Below the pieces are notes generated by a model. That model did no database searches and was not told where the DNA came from. It saw nothing but the letters and a program-made list of their open reading frames with translations. From the sequence record SRR31156797_3873: a stretch of DNA of 63,626 nucleotides; one strand, 5' to 3'. Shown one piece after another: positions 27,422 through 37,832 of this stretch. Position numbers and translations under genes: made by a program. Position 1 is the first letter of the stretch; every line of letters starts with the position of its first letter.

Positions 27422-27500
27422 CCTTACCCTCCCAAAGCGTTTGGGCTTACCTGCCCAAGGTGTTTGGCCTTATCTACCCAAGATGTTTGGGCTTAACCTA
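27422..27500. repeat. Tandem repeat B, 23-bp unit x ~3.4
   Basis: ccttaccctcccaaagcgtttgg / gcttacctgcccaaggtgtttgg / ccttatctacccaagatgtttgg / gcttaaccta. Confidence 0.85.
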
Positions 27501-27599
27501 AGCATAATGCCATAGAATTGTTGATTCTGCATTTTTTTCTTTTCCTTTGTGAGCCTTATTAATAAAAGACTTTGGGTCAATTATTGGAAAAAACCGAAA

Positions 27600-28286
27600 A
27601 TGATGAGTAAAATAGTTATACCGGAAGATTTAAAGTGCGTGATATTTGATATGGATGGGGTATTGTACGATTCTATGAAGAATCATGAAATTACCTGGTC
27701 GGGAAGTTTTAAAGCGGAAGGGATTGATTTTCCGGCTTACGAAGCTTATATGCACGAGGGAAGACCTGGACATGAAACTATTGCTTATGTGTTTCAACAA
27801 TATTTGAACAAAGAAGCTACACAAGAGGATAAGGAGCGCGTGTATAACGAAAAGGTGCGCTTAATGAGTCAGGCTCCCAAAGCCGAAAAGATGCCTCAAA
27901 TGGAAAATTTGATTCAGATGCTAAAAGATAAGGGAATAGAGACCTGGGTTGTTACAGGTTCGAAACAACCTACTTTACTGGATCGTTTGCACGATGATTT
28001 TGGATTTCCATCGAATCAAATTATCAGTGCTAAGGATGTAAAAAAAGGAAAGCCTGATCCGGAACCTTATTTGAAAGCTGTCGAGGGTTGTGGTTTTAAA
28101 GCCGAACAATGTATGGTGGTGGAAAATGCACCGCTTGGGGTTCGCTCGGCTAAAGCAGCCGGAATTACAACTATAGCTGTAAATACGGGCGTATTAGAAG
28201 ATGAGGTGTTGGCTAAAGAGGGGGCTGACTTGGTTTTACCGGATACGGTCAGCTTATTTCCTTATGTTCAGTCGTATTTTATTTAG
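27600..28286 (+). CDS. HAD-IA family phosphatase (beta-phosphoglucomutase-like)
   Basis: 'IFDMDGVLYDSM', 'VVTGS', 'GKPDPEPY', 'VENAPLG'; start moved to ATG 27600. Confidence 0.92.
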   Translation: MMSKIVIPEDLKCVIFDMDGVLYDSMKNHEITWSGSFKAEGIDFPAYEAYMHEGRPGHETIAYVFQQYLNKEATQEDKERVYNEKVRLMSQAPKAEKMPQMENLIQMLKDKGIETWVVTGSKQPTLLDRLHDDFGFPSNQIISAKDVKKGKPDPEPYLKAVEGCGFKAEQCMVVENAPLGVRSAKAAGITTIAVNTGVLEDEVLAKEGADLVLPDTVSLFPYVQSYFI

Positions 28287-28317
28287 TATCTGCAGGAAAT
28301 CTAACGCAAAAGACAAA

Positions 28318-28725
28318 CTACGAATAAATCGTGGCTACCAGATTTCTGTGTCCGCCAAAATTTCTGAACTCACAAAAGTAAATACCCTGCCAGGTTCCCA
28401 GGTTTAACTCGCCATTGGTAATGGGAATATTTAGCGAACAGCCCACAATACTCGATTTAACGTGAGAAGGCATGTCGTCGCTTCCTTCCAGCGTATGCGT
28501 ATACTCCGGTCTGTTCTCCGGTATCATACTATTCATGATGGTTTCAAAATCAACTCTTACCGATGGATCCGCATTTTCGTTGATAGTTAAACCGGCTGAG
28601 GTATGTTGTATAAACAAATTTAGAATGCCTGTTTCGGGTAAGTTAAGATTTGATTCGATAAAAGAGGTAATCAAATGAAAACCGCGTCGAAATTCAGGTA
28701 ATCGTAATGTTTGTTGTTTAATCAT
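28318..28725 (-). CDS. yjbQ: YjbQ/UPF0047 family protein
   Basis: 'HTSAGLTINENADPSV', 'HTLEGSDDMPSHVKSS', 'LGTWQGIYFCEFR'. Confidence 0.92.
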   Translation of the reverse strand: MIKQQTLRLPEFRRGFHLITSFIESNLNLPETGILNLFIQHTSAGLTINENADPSVRVDFETIMNSMIPENRPEYTHTLEGSDDMPSHVKSSIVGCSLNIPITNGELNLGTWQGIYFCEFRNFGGHRNLVATIYS

Positions 28726-28768
28726 TGTTTTACTTTTCTATTATTTATTCAGGTGCCTAAAGTATAAA

Positions 28769-29194
28769 TTATTGCAGGATGTTAAAGTTTTTCATGGCAA
28801 ATTCCATGGCATAATCTTCAATCTCATTGCATACTTCTCTGTACGCTAACAGTTTCTCCTGATCCGACCCTTCTGCTAAAGCTGGATCTTTAAAAGGGTG
28901 ACAAATGATTTTTTCCGGCTCATTTTTTAAAATGAGAGAATCAGCTGAGGTTTCATCTACAATAATCAGGTAATCATACACTTCGTTCAGGTAATCAGAA
29001 ATATTGGCTGACTTATATTTATTAATATCAATGACAGATTCCATCATGGCTTTTTGCGCCAGCATATTGATAGGTTCAATATGGTTACCGGCACTGTGAA
29101 TCTCTGCTTTTCCTTTTAAATAGTAGTTTAACCAGCCTTGTAGCATTTGCGATCGGGCAGCGTTTTTTTCGCTGTAGACAAGAATTTTCTTCAT
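28769..29194 (-). CDS. LMW-PTP/ArsC-fold protein with a degenerate catalytic P-loop
   Basis: 'ILVYSEKNAARSQM', 'SAG', 'FKDP', 'YREVCNEI'; no CX5R cysteine. Start at ATG 29194. Confidence 0.75.
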   Translation of the reverse strand: MKKILVYSEKNAARSQMLQGWLNYYLKGKAEIHSAGNHIEPINMLAQKAMMESVIDINKYKSANISDYLNEVYDYLIIVDETSADSLILKNEPEKIICHPFKDPALAEGSDQEKLLAYREVCNEIEDYAMEFAMKNFNILQ

Positions 29195-29240
29195 AGGTGC
29201 TTCTTTCAAATGTGAATTCTATATGTAAAAATACACGACT

Positions 29241-30197
29241 TTATGAATTTACAATGTTTTTTGTTAATTCTCCTTTAAAAAACTCAAGGATATTTTGGCT
29301 GACAGTTCGACTCATTTCTTCCCTGGTTTCTAATGTGGCTGTTCCGGTATGCGGTGTAAGTACCACATTATCCATGGCTAATAATTCCTCAGGGATATGT
29401 GGTTCGTTGGCATATACATCTAAACCGGCACCTCTAATTTCATGGTTTTGTAATGCTTCTATCAACTCTTCCTGCTGAATAACACCACCACGAGCGGTAT
29501 TAATTACGAAAGCTGAACTTTTCATTTGAGCAAACTGTTTTTTACCCAATAAGTGTTTGGTTTCGGCCGTCATAGGTGTATGAATAGAAACCACATCGGA
29601 TTTTTCCAATAAATCATGTAAAGGCAGATAAGTAGCATTGTATTGCAGTTCGGTTTCTTTGGCAAGCTGACGACGATTGTAATACACTACATTCATACCA
29701 AAGGCAATGGCTCTTCGGGCTAATGCTCTGCCAATTGCTCCCATGCCAATAATACCCACCGTTTTGCCATATAGCGTGGTGCTTAAATTTTTCATTACCC
29801 CGGTAAGCACACCTTCTTTTGAGCGAAGCTGACAGTTTAGCGAACCTATTTTTCGGGCAACAGCAACCATTAAACCCATGGCCAGTTCTGCAGTAGGTTC
29901 TGTTACAGGATCTGGTGTGTTGGTCACTGTAATTCCTTTTTGAGTAGCATAATCCACATCCACATTATCATAGCCAACACCAAAATTGGCAATGATTTTA
30001 AGATACGGAGCTTTATCAATAACTTCTCGTGTTAGCTTTTGTCCAAATACCGAAACAATAGCATTTGCTGATGGGAGAAATTGGTTTAATTCATCTTCTG
30101 ATATTTGATCTTCTTTGGGAAATATCACTTCGTATTCCTCCGGTAAATCGGTAAATCCACATTGGGGAATTCTATAGGTAACAAGTACTTTTATCAT
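29241..30197 (-). CDS. D-isomer-specific 2-hydroxyacid dehydrogenase (glyoxylate reductase-like)
   Basis: 'GVGYDNVD', 'GIIGMGAIG', 'INTARG', 'GLDVYANEP', 'LTPHTG'. Confidence 0.93.
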   Translation of the reverse strand: MIKVLVTYRIPQCGFTDLPEEYEVIFPKEDQISEDELNQFLPSANAIVSVFGQKLTREVIDKAPYLKIIANFGVGYDNVDVDYATQKGITVTNTPDPVTEPTAELAMGLMVAVARKIGSLNCQLRSKEGVLTGVMKNLSTTLYGKTVGIIGMGAIGRALARRAIAFGMNVVYYNRRQLAKETELQYNATYLPLHDLLEKSDVVSIHTPMTAETKHLLGKKQFAQMKSSAFVINTARGGVIQQEELIEALQNHEIRGAGLDVYANEPHIPEELLAMDNVVLTPHTGTATLETREEMSRTVSQNILEFFKGELTKNIVNS

Positions 30198-30354
30198 AAC
30201 TAATTGATGAAATAAAAAGGTAAAACTAGCGTTTTCTTAGAGACTAAGTTAATACAAGTAAAATCAATAGCTCTTTAAAATGTTGTAAAATTAGGCATTA
30301 GGTTAGTCATTTTTTAAATAAAATAAATGACGAATTTTTATCGTTTGTTGCATA

Positions 30355-30612
30355 ACGCCCTCAGCTGAAGAGCCAAAAAACAAGGTTGAATTGACGGTTA
30401 AAAATCGTTTTTGTTTGAGCTGAGTGAAGCCAGCGAGTTTAAACGATTTCAGTCAATTGACCGTAGTTTTTTGAGCGAGTCAGGTGTAGCCTAGACTTTT
30501 TTTGCTTCGTTTTTTGTGTCATGACAATTCGGCAAAGCCTATATCATGAAGGCAAATAAAAACGAACTTAACTGAATAAAAAATGAAGTCGGGTTTGGGT
30601 GAAACGCCAAGA
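30355..30612. repeat. Structured non-coding REP/MITE-like element with a nested 51-bp insertion
   Basis: Long imperfect hairpin 30374-30473; second hairpin CTTCGTTTTTT...AAAAAATGAAG (30505-30588) split by the insert at 30527-30577. Confidence 0.55.
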
Positions 30613-30716
30613 GAGAAAATTAATTAGGACAGAATAGGCAGTATGCTTACTTTTGTTTGACCATTTATCGGCATAAGCAGGATAAATAGGGGAGCTTACA
30701 TTTATATATTGGTTTC

Positions 30717-33146
30717 ATGTTCAAAAAGATATTTTTATTATCCATCATATGTGTTTTTTCGTTAGCTATTTTGGCGCAGAAAAAGCTGGAAGTGAATGGA
30801 GTAGTTCAATCGGCAGAGGGAGAGTTATTGGAGTTGGTAAATGTTTCGGTATTGGGTTTTCCTGGCGGAACAACGACCAACGAAAAAGGTGAATTTACGC
30901 TCGAGATTCGGGCAAACTTGCCCTTAACACTCCTATTTAGTCGGATTGGATTTCAGGTGCATGAGCTGAAATTAACAGATATCAATCGCCTGGAAAATTT
31001 GAAGATTACCTTAAGCGGGAAAACAGAATCATTAGAAACTGTTGATGTAAAAGGGAAACAAGAGAATAATCAGAATTTTACTTCCATTGATTCAAAGCTA
31101 TCTGCCAATTTACCCGATGCGAGTGGGGGAAGTATAGAAGCGCTGGTGAAAACACAAATGGGTGTTTCTTCCAATAATGAATTGAGTTCGCAGTACCGTG
31201 TGCGTGGTGGTAATTTCGACGAAAACCTGGTGTATGTTAACGATATTGAAGTATACAGACCTTTTTTGATCAGAGCAGGTCAGCAGGAAGGTTTGAGCTT
31301 TGTGAATCCGGAATTGGTGTCGGATATTCAGTTTTCATCCGGAGGATTCGATGCCCGATATGGCGATAAAATGTCTTCGGTGTTGGATATTAAATATAAA
31401 CGACCCACCGAATTTGCAGGTAGTGCTGCCGCTAGTTTACTAGGTGGAAATATACATTTGGAAGGCGCTTCAAAGGGTGGACGTTTTACGCATATTACAG
31501 GTGTTCGCTACAAAACAAATAAGTATTTAATGGGAAAATCGGATATATCCGGAGATTACCAACCTTCGTTTGTAGATATTCAGTCGTATCTGACTTATAG
31601 AATTAATGATAAATGGCGTTTGGGATTTCTGGGGAATTTATCTCAGAATGTTTACCAGTTTAAGCCAGTCGATCGGGAAACCACTTTTGGAACTATTCGG
31701 GAAGTAAAGAAGTTAATGATTTATTTTGAAGGACAGGAGGAAGATCGTTTTTTAACTGGTTTTGCTGCCGGAACGGTTGATTTTTCTCCCAACAACGATC
31801 ATAATTATAAACTGATCGTTTCAGGATATCGAACCTCAGAAGATGAGCGATATGATATTTTGGGGCAATATTGGCTTCAAAGTTTAGAAGATGAAGAAGA
31901 TCCAACTGCGGTTCCTGATTTTGCCAGTGGTATCGGAGTTGGTTCATATCTGGAGCACGCCCGCAACTATTTGTATGGTGTGATAAGCAATGTGGCAATG
32001 AGAGGAGCGCATCGTTTGGGAGCAAATCATTTAGAGTGGGAACTAAAATACCAGTACGAGCGTTTTTCAGATATTATTAATGAGTGGGAATTAAGAGATT
32101 CTGCTGATTTTAATTTGCCCATCAGCGATGATAAACTGGAACTTATTTATGCCTATAATACCGATCATGATGTTTCTTCCAATCGTTTTACTGCTTTTGT
32201 ACAGAATAACCGACATTTTGAATGGGGAAATAGTGATGTAAATTTAGCTGTAGGAGTAAGAACTAATTATTGGGATTTTAATGATGAATTACTGATTAGT
32301 CCGCGATTAAGTTTGTTGATCAACCCTAATTGGGAGAGAGATTTTCAGTTTAAGCTGGCAAGCGGTGTTTACTATCAATCGCCGTTTTATAAAGAATACA
32401 GGGCACAAGGTTTAGGTATAAACGAGAATATTAAAGCACAAAAATCTATTCATGTTGTAACTGGATTTGATTACTATTTTACAACAAAAGAAAGACCATT
32501 TAAATTTTCTACAGAGCTTTATTATAAAAAGATGAGTGATTTAATTCCTTATCAGATAGACAATGTACGCATCCGATATTCAGCCTTAAATAATGCCAAA
32601 GGTTATGCTGCCGGTATTGATATGAAAATTAATGGTGAGTTTGTGAAAGGAGTAGAATCCTGGGCGAGCCTTTCGTTAATGCAAACCGAGGAAGATATTG
32701 ATGGTGATTCCTATCAAAAAAATGGAGAAACAATTTATCCGGGATATATTCCCCGCCCATCCGATCAAAGATTGAATTTTAGTTTGATGTTTCAGGATTA
32801 TTTCAGGAACAATCCATCCTTTAAAGTAAACCTGAACTTTTTATATGGCACCGGTTTGCCCTTTGGTCCTCCTCGCTCAGAACGTTATCTGGCTGTAAAC
32901 AGAATGCCATCTTATAGAAGAGTGGATATAGGTTTCTCTAAAGAAATGACCGGAACACAACTAAATCCGAACAAAACAACCGGAGTGTTTAAAAACTTAT
33001 GGATAGGTTTAGAGGTTTTCAATTTATTCAACATCAACAATACCATTTCTTATTTCTGGGTAACGGACGTCAATAATCGTCAGTATGCCGTTCCCAATTA
33101 CCTAACTTCCCGAAGATTGAATCTGAAGATTGTAACGAGGTTTTAA
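30717..33146 (+). CDS. TonB-dependent receptor with a carboxypeptidase-regulatory-like N-domain
   Basis: 'SSNNELSSQYRVRGGNFDENLVYVN', 'GGFDARYGDKMSSVLDI', C-terminal aromatic beta-signal '...LNLKIVTRF'. Confidence 0.9.
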   Translation: MFKKIFLLSIICVFSLAILAQKKLEVNGVVQSAEGELLELVNVSVLGFPGGTTTNEKGEFTLEIRANLPLTLLFSRIGFQVHELKLTDINRLENLKITLSGKTESLETVDVKGKQENNQNFTSIDSKLSANLPDASGGSIEALVKTQMGVSSNNELSSQYRVRGGNFDENLVYVNDIEVYRPFLIRAGQQEGLSFVNPELVSDIQFSSGGFDARYGDKMSSVLDIKYKRPTEFAGSAAASLLGGNIHLEGASKGGRFTHITGVRYKTNKYLMGKSDISGDYQPSFVDIQSYLTYRINDKWRLGFLGNLSQNVYQFKPVDRETTFGTIREVKKLMIYFEGQEEDRFLTGFAAGTVDFSPNNDHNYKLIVSGYRTSEDERYDILGQYWLQSLEDEEDPTAVPDFASGIGVGSYLEHARNYLYGVISNVAMRGAHRLGANHLEWELKYQYERFSDIINEWELRDSADFNLPISDDKLELIYAYNTDHDVSSNRFTAFVQNNRHFEWGNSDVNLAVGVRTNYWDFNDELLISPRLSLLINPNWERDFQFKLASGVYYQSPFYKEYRAQGLGINENIKAQKSIHVVTGFDYYFTTKERPFKFSTELYYKKMSDLIPYQIDNVRIRYSALNNAKGYAAGIDMKINGEFVKGVESWASLSLMQTEEDIDGDSYQKNGETIYPGYIPRPSDQRLNFSLMFQDYFRNNPSFKVNLNFLYGTGLPFGPPRSERYLAVNRMPSYRRVDIGFSKEMTGTQLNPNKTTGVFKNLWIGLEVFNLFNINNTISYFWVTDVNNRQYAVPNYLTSRRLNLKIVTRF

Positions 33147-33151
33147 AATAA

Positions 33152-33185
33152 ACAAAGGCTGTCCAATTCGTTGAACAGCCTTTGT
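33152..33185. terminator. Bidirectional terminator
   Basis: ACAAAGGCTGT / ACAGCCTTTGT between convergent genes. Confidence 0.75.
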
Positions 33186-33204
33186 ATATCGTCTAAATTT
33201 CAGA

Positions 33205-34173
33205 TTATTGAATTTGTGGAACTCCTGTAGTTGTTCTCACAACTTTTTTAATCTTTCCGTTTTCGTCATACTCTAGTTTGTCTACACAAACACTTCTTCT
33301 AAATGGACCTCCATCGGCTAAACCGGCATTGTGATAAATGAAATAGTCATTTCCTTTAAACGTAACAATTGCCTGGTGGTTGGTAGGAGAATTGTGTAAG
33401 GTATCGTTAATTACGCCTTGATATTCCCAAGGTCCCATAATGTTCTTACTGGTTGAGTACTCAGTAGTTGATGGGTAATGAGCTGCGTACGATAAATAGT
33501 AAGTGTCATTTCTTTTGTGAATCCATGGTGCTTCAAAAAAGTTTTTAGCTTCAACAGTGTGCACAGGACCATCAGTTTCAATCATGTTATCCTTTAGTTT
33601 TACAACACGGGCTGCATTCCACGATCCCCAGAACATATACACTTGATCATCATCATCTACATAAACAGCAGGGTCAATATTTAAAACAATAGAATTAGCA
33701 GTCGTATCTGCAATAATTGGTTTTCCCGAAGCATCTTTATATGGCCCAAGTGGGTGATCAGCAACGGCTACACCAATCGCAAAACCTTCGTGTTTTCTGG
33801 CTGTAGAATCTTTATGAACCATTGGTACGTACCACCAGAATTTACCGTGGTTCTCAACACAGTGACCAGCAAAAGCATTGGCTAATGCCCACTCAAAATC
33901 TTCCACTTGTAGTTTTACACCATGATTGGTCCAGTTAACCATATCAGGCGTTGAAAAAACATACCATTTTTTCATTAAAAAACCATCTTTGCCTAATTCC
34001 TGCTCATCGCTACCTGTAAATAAATATAAGGTGTCGTCATGAACCAAAACACAAGGATCAGCAGTTAGTGGTGATTTAAAAAGAGGGTTTCCACTGTACT
34101 TTACCTCTTTAGGCGTACATGCTGCAAACAAAATAATGGCAGCGGTAAAAAAGAAAAAAACTACTTTTTTCAT
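33205..34173 (-). CDS. GH43 glycoside hydrolase lipoprotein
   Basis: Lipobox 'FAAC'; 'TADP' (base), 'NIDPAV' (pKa modulator), 'FEAPW' (acid), 'TNHQAI'. Confidence 0.9.
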   Translation of the reverse strand: MKKVVFFFFTAAIILFAACTPKEVKYSGNPLFKSPLTADPCVLVHDDTLYLFTGSDEQELGKDGFLMKKWYVFSTPDMVNWTNHGVKLQVEDFEWALANAFAGHCVENHGKFWWYVPMVHKDSTARKHEGFAIGVAVADHPLGPYKDASGKPIIADTTANSIVLNIDPAVYVDDDDQVYMFWGSWNAARVVKLKDNMIETDGPVHTVEAKNFFEAPWIHKRNDTYYLSYAAHYPSTTEYSTSKNIMGPWEYQGVINDTLHNSPTNHQAIVTFKGNDYFIYHNAGLADGGPFRRSVCVDKLEYDENGKIKKVVRTTTGVPQIQ

Positions 34174-34478
34174 TTGTTTTTAGTTTAGTAAAACCTGAAT
34201 ATGCAGTGCAAGATTAAGGAATAACCTGCGTGTTCTAATTGCTTGCTCCGAATATGTCGGTTTTTTGATTTTAAAATTTATGTGTTGAATAATAATACTT
34301 TCTTTTTATTCAAAGGCTAAAATAGATAATCCATACATAAAAAAGATAGTAATAATCGTCATTATTAGTGGACGGATTGACAAATTAAAATATACACTTA
34401 TCCACTTGATACAGGAACTGTCTGATATTGAATACTTCGTTTATGATTAAATTCAAGTTTTTCATTTTTCAGTTTTCG

Positions 34479-34486
34479 TATCTTTG
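34479..34486 (+). promoter_or_regulatory. -7 promoter element for rocD
   Basis: TATCTTTG about 40 nt upstream of ATG 34526. Confidence 0.65.
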
Positions 34487-34525
34487 TCATACTTGATAAA
34501 AAATAATTAAAAAGATAATCATTTC

Positions 34526-35752
34526 ATGAGTAGTATTCAAATGACCCAACAGGAATATATAGATAGAGAAGATCAGTTTGGAGCACATAATTATCATCCA
34601 CTGCCAGTGGTTTTAGATAGAGGAGAAGGGATTTTTGTGTGGGATACGGATGGAAATCAGTATTACGATTTTCTTTCGGCTTATTCTGCGGTGAACCAAG
34701 GGCATTGTCATCCTAAAATTATTAAAGCTTTAACAGATCAGGCGCAAAAGTTAACGCTTACTTCAAGGGCTTTTTATAGCAGTGTGTTGGGTGAGTTTGA
34801 AGAATACATTACTACATATTTTGGTTATGATAAGGTTCTGCCTATGAATACAGGAGCCGAAGCGGATGAAACGGCTATCAAATTATGTAGAAAGTGGGCA
34901 TATACTAAAAAAGGTATCGCTGAGAATAAAGCCAAAATAGTAGTTTGCGAAAATAACTTCCATGGAAGAACGATTACGATTATTTCTATGTCAACTGATC
35001 CGGATTCCTATGCTGGTTTTGGTCCTTATACGCCAGGTTTCGAGGTGGTGCCTTACAATGATATTACCGCACTTGAAAAAGCATTGCAGGATCCTGATGT
35101 TGCCGGATTTTTAGTTGAGCCTATTCAGGGAGAAGCTGGTGTTTATGTACCGGAAGATGGATATTTAAAAAAGGCTTACGACTTGTGTAAGGCGAATAAT
35201 GTGCTATTTATTGCTGATGAGGTTCAAACCGGAATTGCGCGTACAGGAAAAATGCTAGCTTGCGATTATGAAGAGGTTCGTCCGGATATTTTAATTCTGG
35301 GAAAAGCAGTTTCCGGAGGTGTATTTCCTGTATCTGCTGTGTTAGCTGATGATGAAATTATGCTTTGTATTAAGCCTGGTGAGCATGGTTCTACCTACGG
35401 TGGAAATCCTTTGGGATGTAAAGTAGCTATTGCTGCACTGGAAGTAATTAAAGAGGAAAAACTGGAAGAAAACGCTACCCGTTTAGGTGAAATATTCAGA
35501 AAAGAATTAAGTAGTTTTCGATCGGATATGATCGAATCGGTTCGAGGTAAAGGTTTATTAAATGCTGTGGTTATCAAACCTAAAAACGGAAAAACAGCCT
35601 GGGATGTATGTGTGGCTATGAAAGAAAATGGTTTAATTGCCAAGCCGACACATGGTCATATTATTCGTTTTGCACCTCCATTGATTATTACCGAAGAGCA
35701 ACTAAGAGCGGCTATTGAAATTATAAAAAAGACTTTGCTTTCTTTTGAATAA
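34526..35752 (+). CDS. rocD: Ornithine--oxo-acid aminotransferase
   Basis: '[11 protein letters not shown]', '[16 protein letters not shown]', 'EPIQGEAG', 'DEVQTG', PLP lysine 'LGKAVSGG', '[10 protein letters not shown]'. Confidence 0.97.
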   Translation: MSSIQMTQQEYIDREDQFGAHNYHPLPVVLDRGEGIFVWDTDGNQYYDFLSAYSAVNQGHCHPKIIKALTDQAQKLTLTSRAFYSSVLGEFEEYITTYFGYDKVLPMNTGAEADETAIKLCRKWAYTKKGIAENKAKIVVCENNFHGRTITIISMSTDPDSYAGFGPYTPGFEVVPYNDITALEKALQDPDVAGFLVEPIQGEAGVYVPEDGYLKKAYDLCKANNVLFIADEVQTGIARTGKMLACDYEEVRPDILILGKAVSGGVFPVSAVLADDEIMLCIKPGEHGSTYGGNPLGCKVAIAALEVIKEEKLEENATRLGEIFRKELSSFRSDMIESVRGKGLLNAVVIKPKNGKTAWDVCVAMKENGLIAKPTHGHIIRFAPPLIITEEQLRAAIEIIKKTLLSFE

Positions 35753-35772
35753 TTAGAAAGTTTAAAATATTG

Positions 35773-35808
35773 AAAGGCTGTCCTCATGCATTTGCGGACA
35801 GCCTTTTT
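35773..35808. terminator. Terminator between rocD and the hydrogenase-MCP gene
   Basis: AAAGGCTGTCC / GGACAGCCTTT followed by Ts. Confidence 0.78.
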
Positions 35809-35814
35809 AGTTTA

Positions 35815-37629
35815 TTAATTCTGCTTTAAGCTTAATGATTCCCCTAAGGCAAATTCATTGGTTTTTCTACTTAAATCCTGCATTACGTTGTTCATATCTT
35901 CAACAGCTTCCGATACATTTAGAAACAGGGTTGAGGCCTTTTCGAACTGTAATGTAGAAGAGCTGATTTGTGAGCTGGTATGATTAAAGTAATGCTGAAT
36001 TTCCTTGGCGTTATCACTTATTTTTTGCGTTTCAAAAGAGGTGTTTTCAGATAGTTTTTTGATTTCGGTAGCCACTACACCAAAACCTTTTCCCATTTGG
36101 CCAACTCTAGCAGCTTCAATGGAAGCATTTAAGGATAAAATATTAGTTTGTTGCGAAACATTATGAATGGTTTTAGCTATCTGATCAAACTTTTCAAGGA
36201 GTTTGCTTTGTTCGGCAAAAGCATTTTCTAACTCATTAAAACCACTTCTTAAATCTTTAAAAATAGACAACATTTTACCTATGGATTCAAACTTGTTGTT
36301 TAATGCCATAATTGTTTCCGAAACAGAACTGGTTAATTCCAGAATAACACTGCTTTTGTAATAGTGACAGTTTTCCTTTTTGTTGAGTCCGTTGAAAATA
36401 GCCGTGGCCATATCTTCACATTTTCCATAGCCGCACGATGAGCAATCAAAAATTTCCTTGGGCGAGTTTTTTTTCATCGATCGAAATATTTCCCATCGTT
36501 CCTCTTCGCTTGGAATTTGAATCTTTTTTAATAGACTTCTGTCGGTGTATTTTCGGTTGTATATTCCGGGTTTCCAATATTTGTCAATATTTGAACTGAG
36601 CTGCTTTTGTCCTTTTTTGTTGGTGTAATTTTTAGATGTTGCCAGACTGCGTTCTTGTATCAGATATTCGGTTTCATCTATGTTTTGATCGTGATTAATA
36701 GTCGCCGTGCCCTTGTTGCAACCATGCTCGCAGTTAAGGCAGTCAATAAGTAAAGGTGCGTATCCTTTTTGAATAGAATCGTTCAAACCTTTTAAATAAT
36801 CATACACTAATTCTTTGCCCTCTATTTTTCGGGTTAAGGTATGGATGTTTGCATTTTCGCGCAGTGCAGTTTGTAACAATCCTCCCGGAGTGGAAAACAG
36901 TACTGCTCTTTCGGCAGGAGGGTTGTTGAATTTAACTTCTTCGTAGGACTTTAAATCAACTTTTTCTTCTTCTATCATTTTTTGAATGGAAGGAAAAGTG
37001 ACATTTAAAACCTTTACTTCAGAAGTATCAAACTCTTTGGCTTTAGCCAGACAAGGAGAAATGGCCACAATTCGATGTTTTTGATATTCGGGATAAAAGT
37101 GTTTTATCATTTGAATGGTATGCATCATCGGGCTGTGAACCGGAGCTAAATAGGGCAACAGTTCCGGAGCATATGTTTCAATGTAAGATACAATAGCAGG
37201 GCATGGCTGCGCAATAATAGTTTGTGGATTGTCTTTAATATGATTTAAATAAGATTTAATGGTTAGTTCAGCTCCGAAACTAACATCGAAAAAAGCATCA
37301 ATACCTTTTGTTTTAAGGTATCCGTTAAGGTTTAGGTAAAGATTGGGAAAGCTGGCAGCAATAGCCGGAGCTACAATAGCGACCATAGGAACAGCGTTGT
37401 TTTGAAGTTTTTTAAACTCGGTATAATCGTCAACGGGAATCCTGGCCTCATGGTGACAGCCTTCGATGCAGCTTCCGCAGGCTATACACAAGTCGCCGTT
37501 AATAGACATATGATCGCCCATATCGATATTGCAAAATTTAACCGGGCAAACCGTAATACAAGCATGACAGTTAACGCATTTTTCTTCATCAACGAAGATG
37601 ACTTTTTTTAGGGAGGAATGATGTGTCAT
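35815..37629 (-). CDS. Sensory [FeFe]-hydrogenase-like (group C/HydS-type) protein fused to an MCP signalling domain
   Basis: Ferredoxin motifs [12 protein letters not shown] and [12 protein letters not shown]-domain-like motifs [27 protein letters not shown]; FeS motif '[10 protein letters not shown]'; MCP tip '[35 protein letters not shown]'; no TM segment. Confidence 0.85.
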   Translation of the reverse strand: MTHHSSLKKVIFVDEEKCVNCHACITVCPVKFCNIDMGDHMSINGDLCIACGSCIEGCHHEARIPVDDYTEFKKLQNNAVPMVAIVAPAIAASFPNLYLNLNGYLKTKGIDAFFDVSFGAELTIKSYLNHIKDNPQTIIAQPCPAIVSYIETYAPELLPYLAPVHSPMMHTIQMIKHFYPEYQKHRIVAISPCLAKAKEFDTSEVKVLNVTFPSIQKMIEEEKVDLKSYEEVKFNNPPAERAVLFSTPGGLLQTALRENANIHTLTRKIEGKELVYDYLKGLNDSIQKGYAPLLIDCLNCEHGCNKGTATINHDQNIDETEYLIQERSLATSKNYTNKKGQKQLSSNIDKYWKPGIYNRKYTDRSLLKKIQIPSEEERWEIFRSMKKNSPKEIFDCSSCGYGKCEDMATAIFNGLNKKENCHYYKSSVILELTSSVSETIMALNNKFESIGKMLSIFKDLRSGFNELENAFAEQSKLLEKFDQIAKTIHNVSQQTNILSLNASIEAARVGQMGKGFGVVATEIKKLSENTSFETQKISDNAKEIQHYFNHTSSQISSSTLQFEKASTLFLNVSEAVEDMNNVMQDLSRKTNEFALGESLSLKQN

Positions 37630-37832
37630 AACGCTAAATTTAAGGGTTTGTATTAATGTATTGAATTTAAGTAATTTATGGAGTAATTCCTAATGTTAAA
37701 AAATGACGCCTAGATGAATGAATTGAAAAAATGTAGAATGGCTTGTTTAAAATCAGTGAAATGATTGGGTTAGGAGTAGGGGATAGTTTGGCTTAAAATA
37801 TTTATATTTAGTTAGCATAAAAACTTCACATA

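Noticed and set aside
27549-27599. Upstream GTG start for the HAD phosphatase (and similar extensions for susD, the second GH30, the MBL hydrolase, dapB and the second lepB)
   Set aside because: Downstream ATGs give family-typical N-termini or signal peptides.
30352-30360. GCATAAC (and ACAGGCAAC at ~38405) as integron attC-like core sites
   Set aside because: No matching complementary GTTRRRY end at a cassette boundary and no integrase.
33152-35808. AAAGGCTGTC...ACAGCCTTT hairpins at 33152 and 35773 as a novel repeat family
   Set aside because: Both lie between convergent genes and are adequately explained as ordinary bidirectional terminators.
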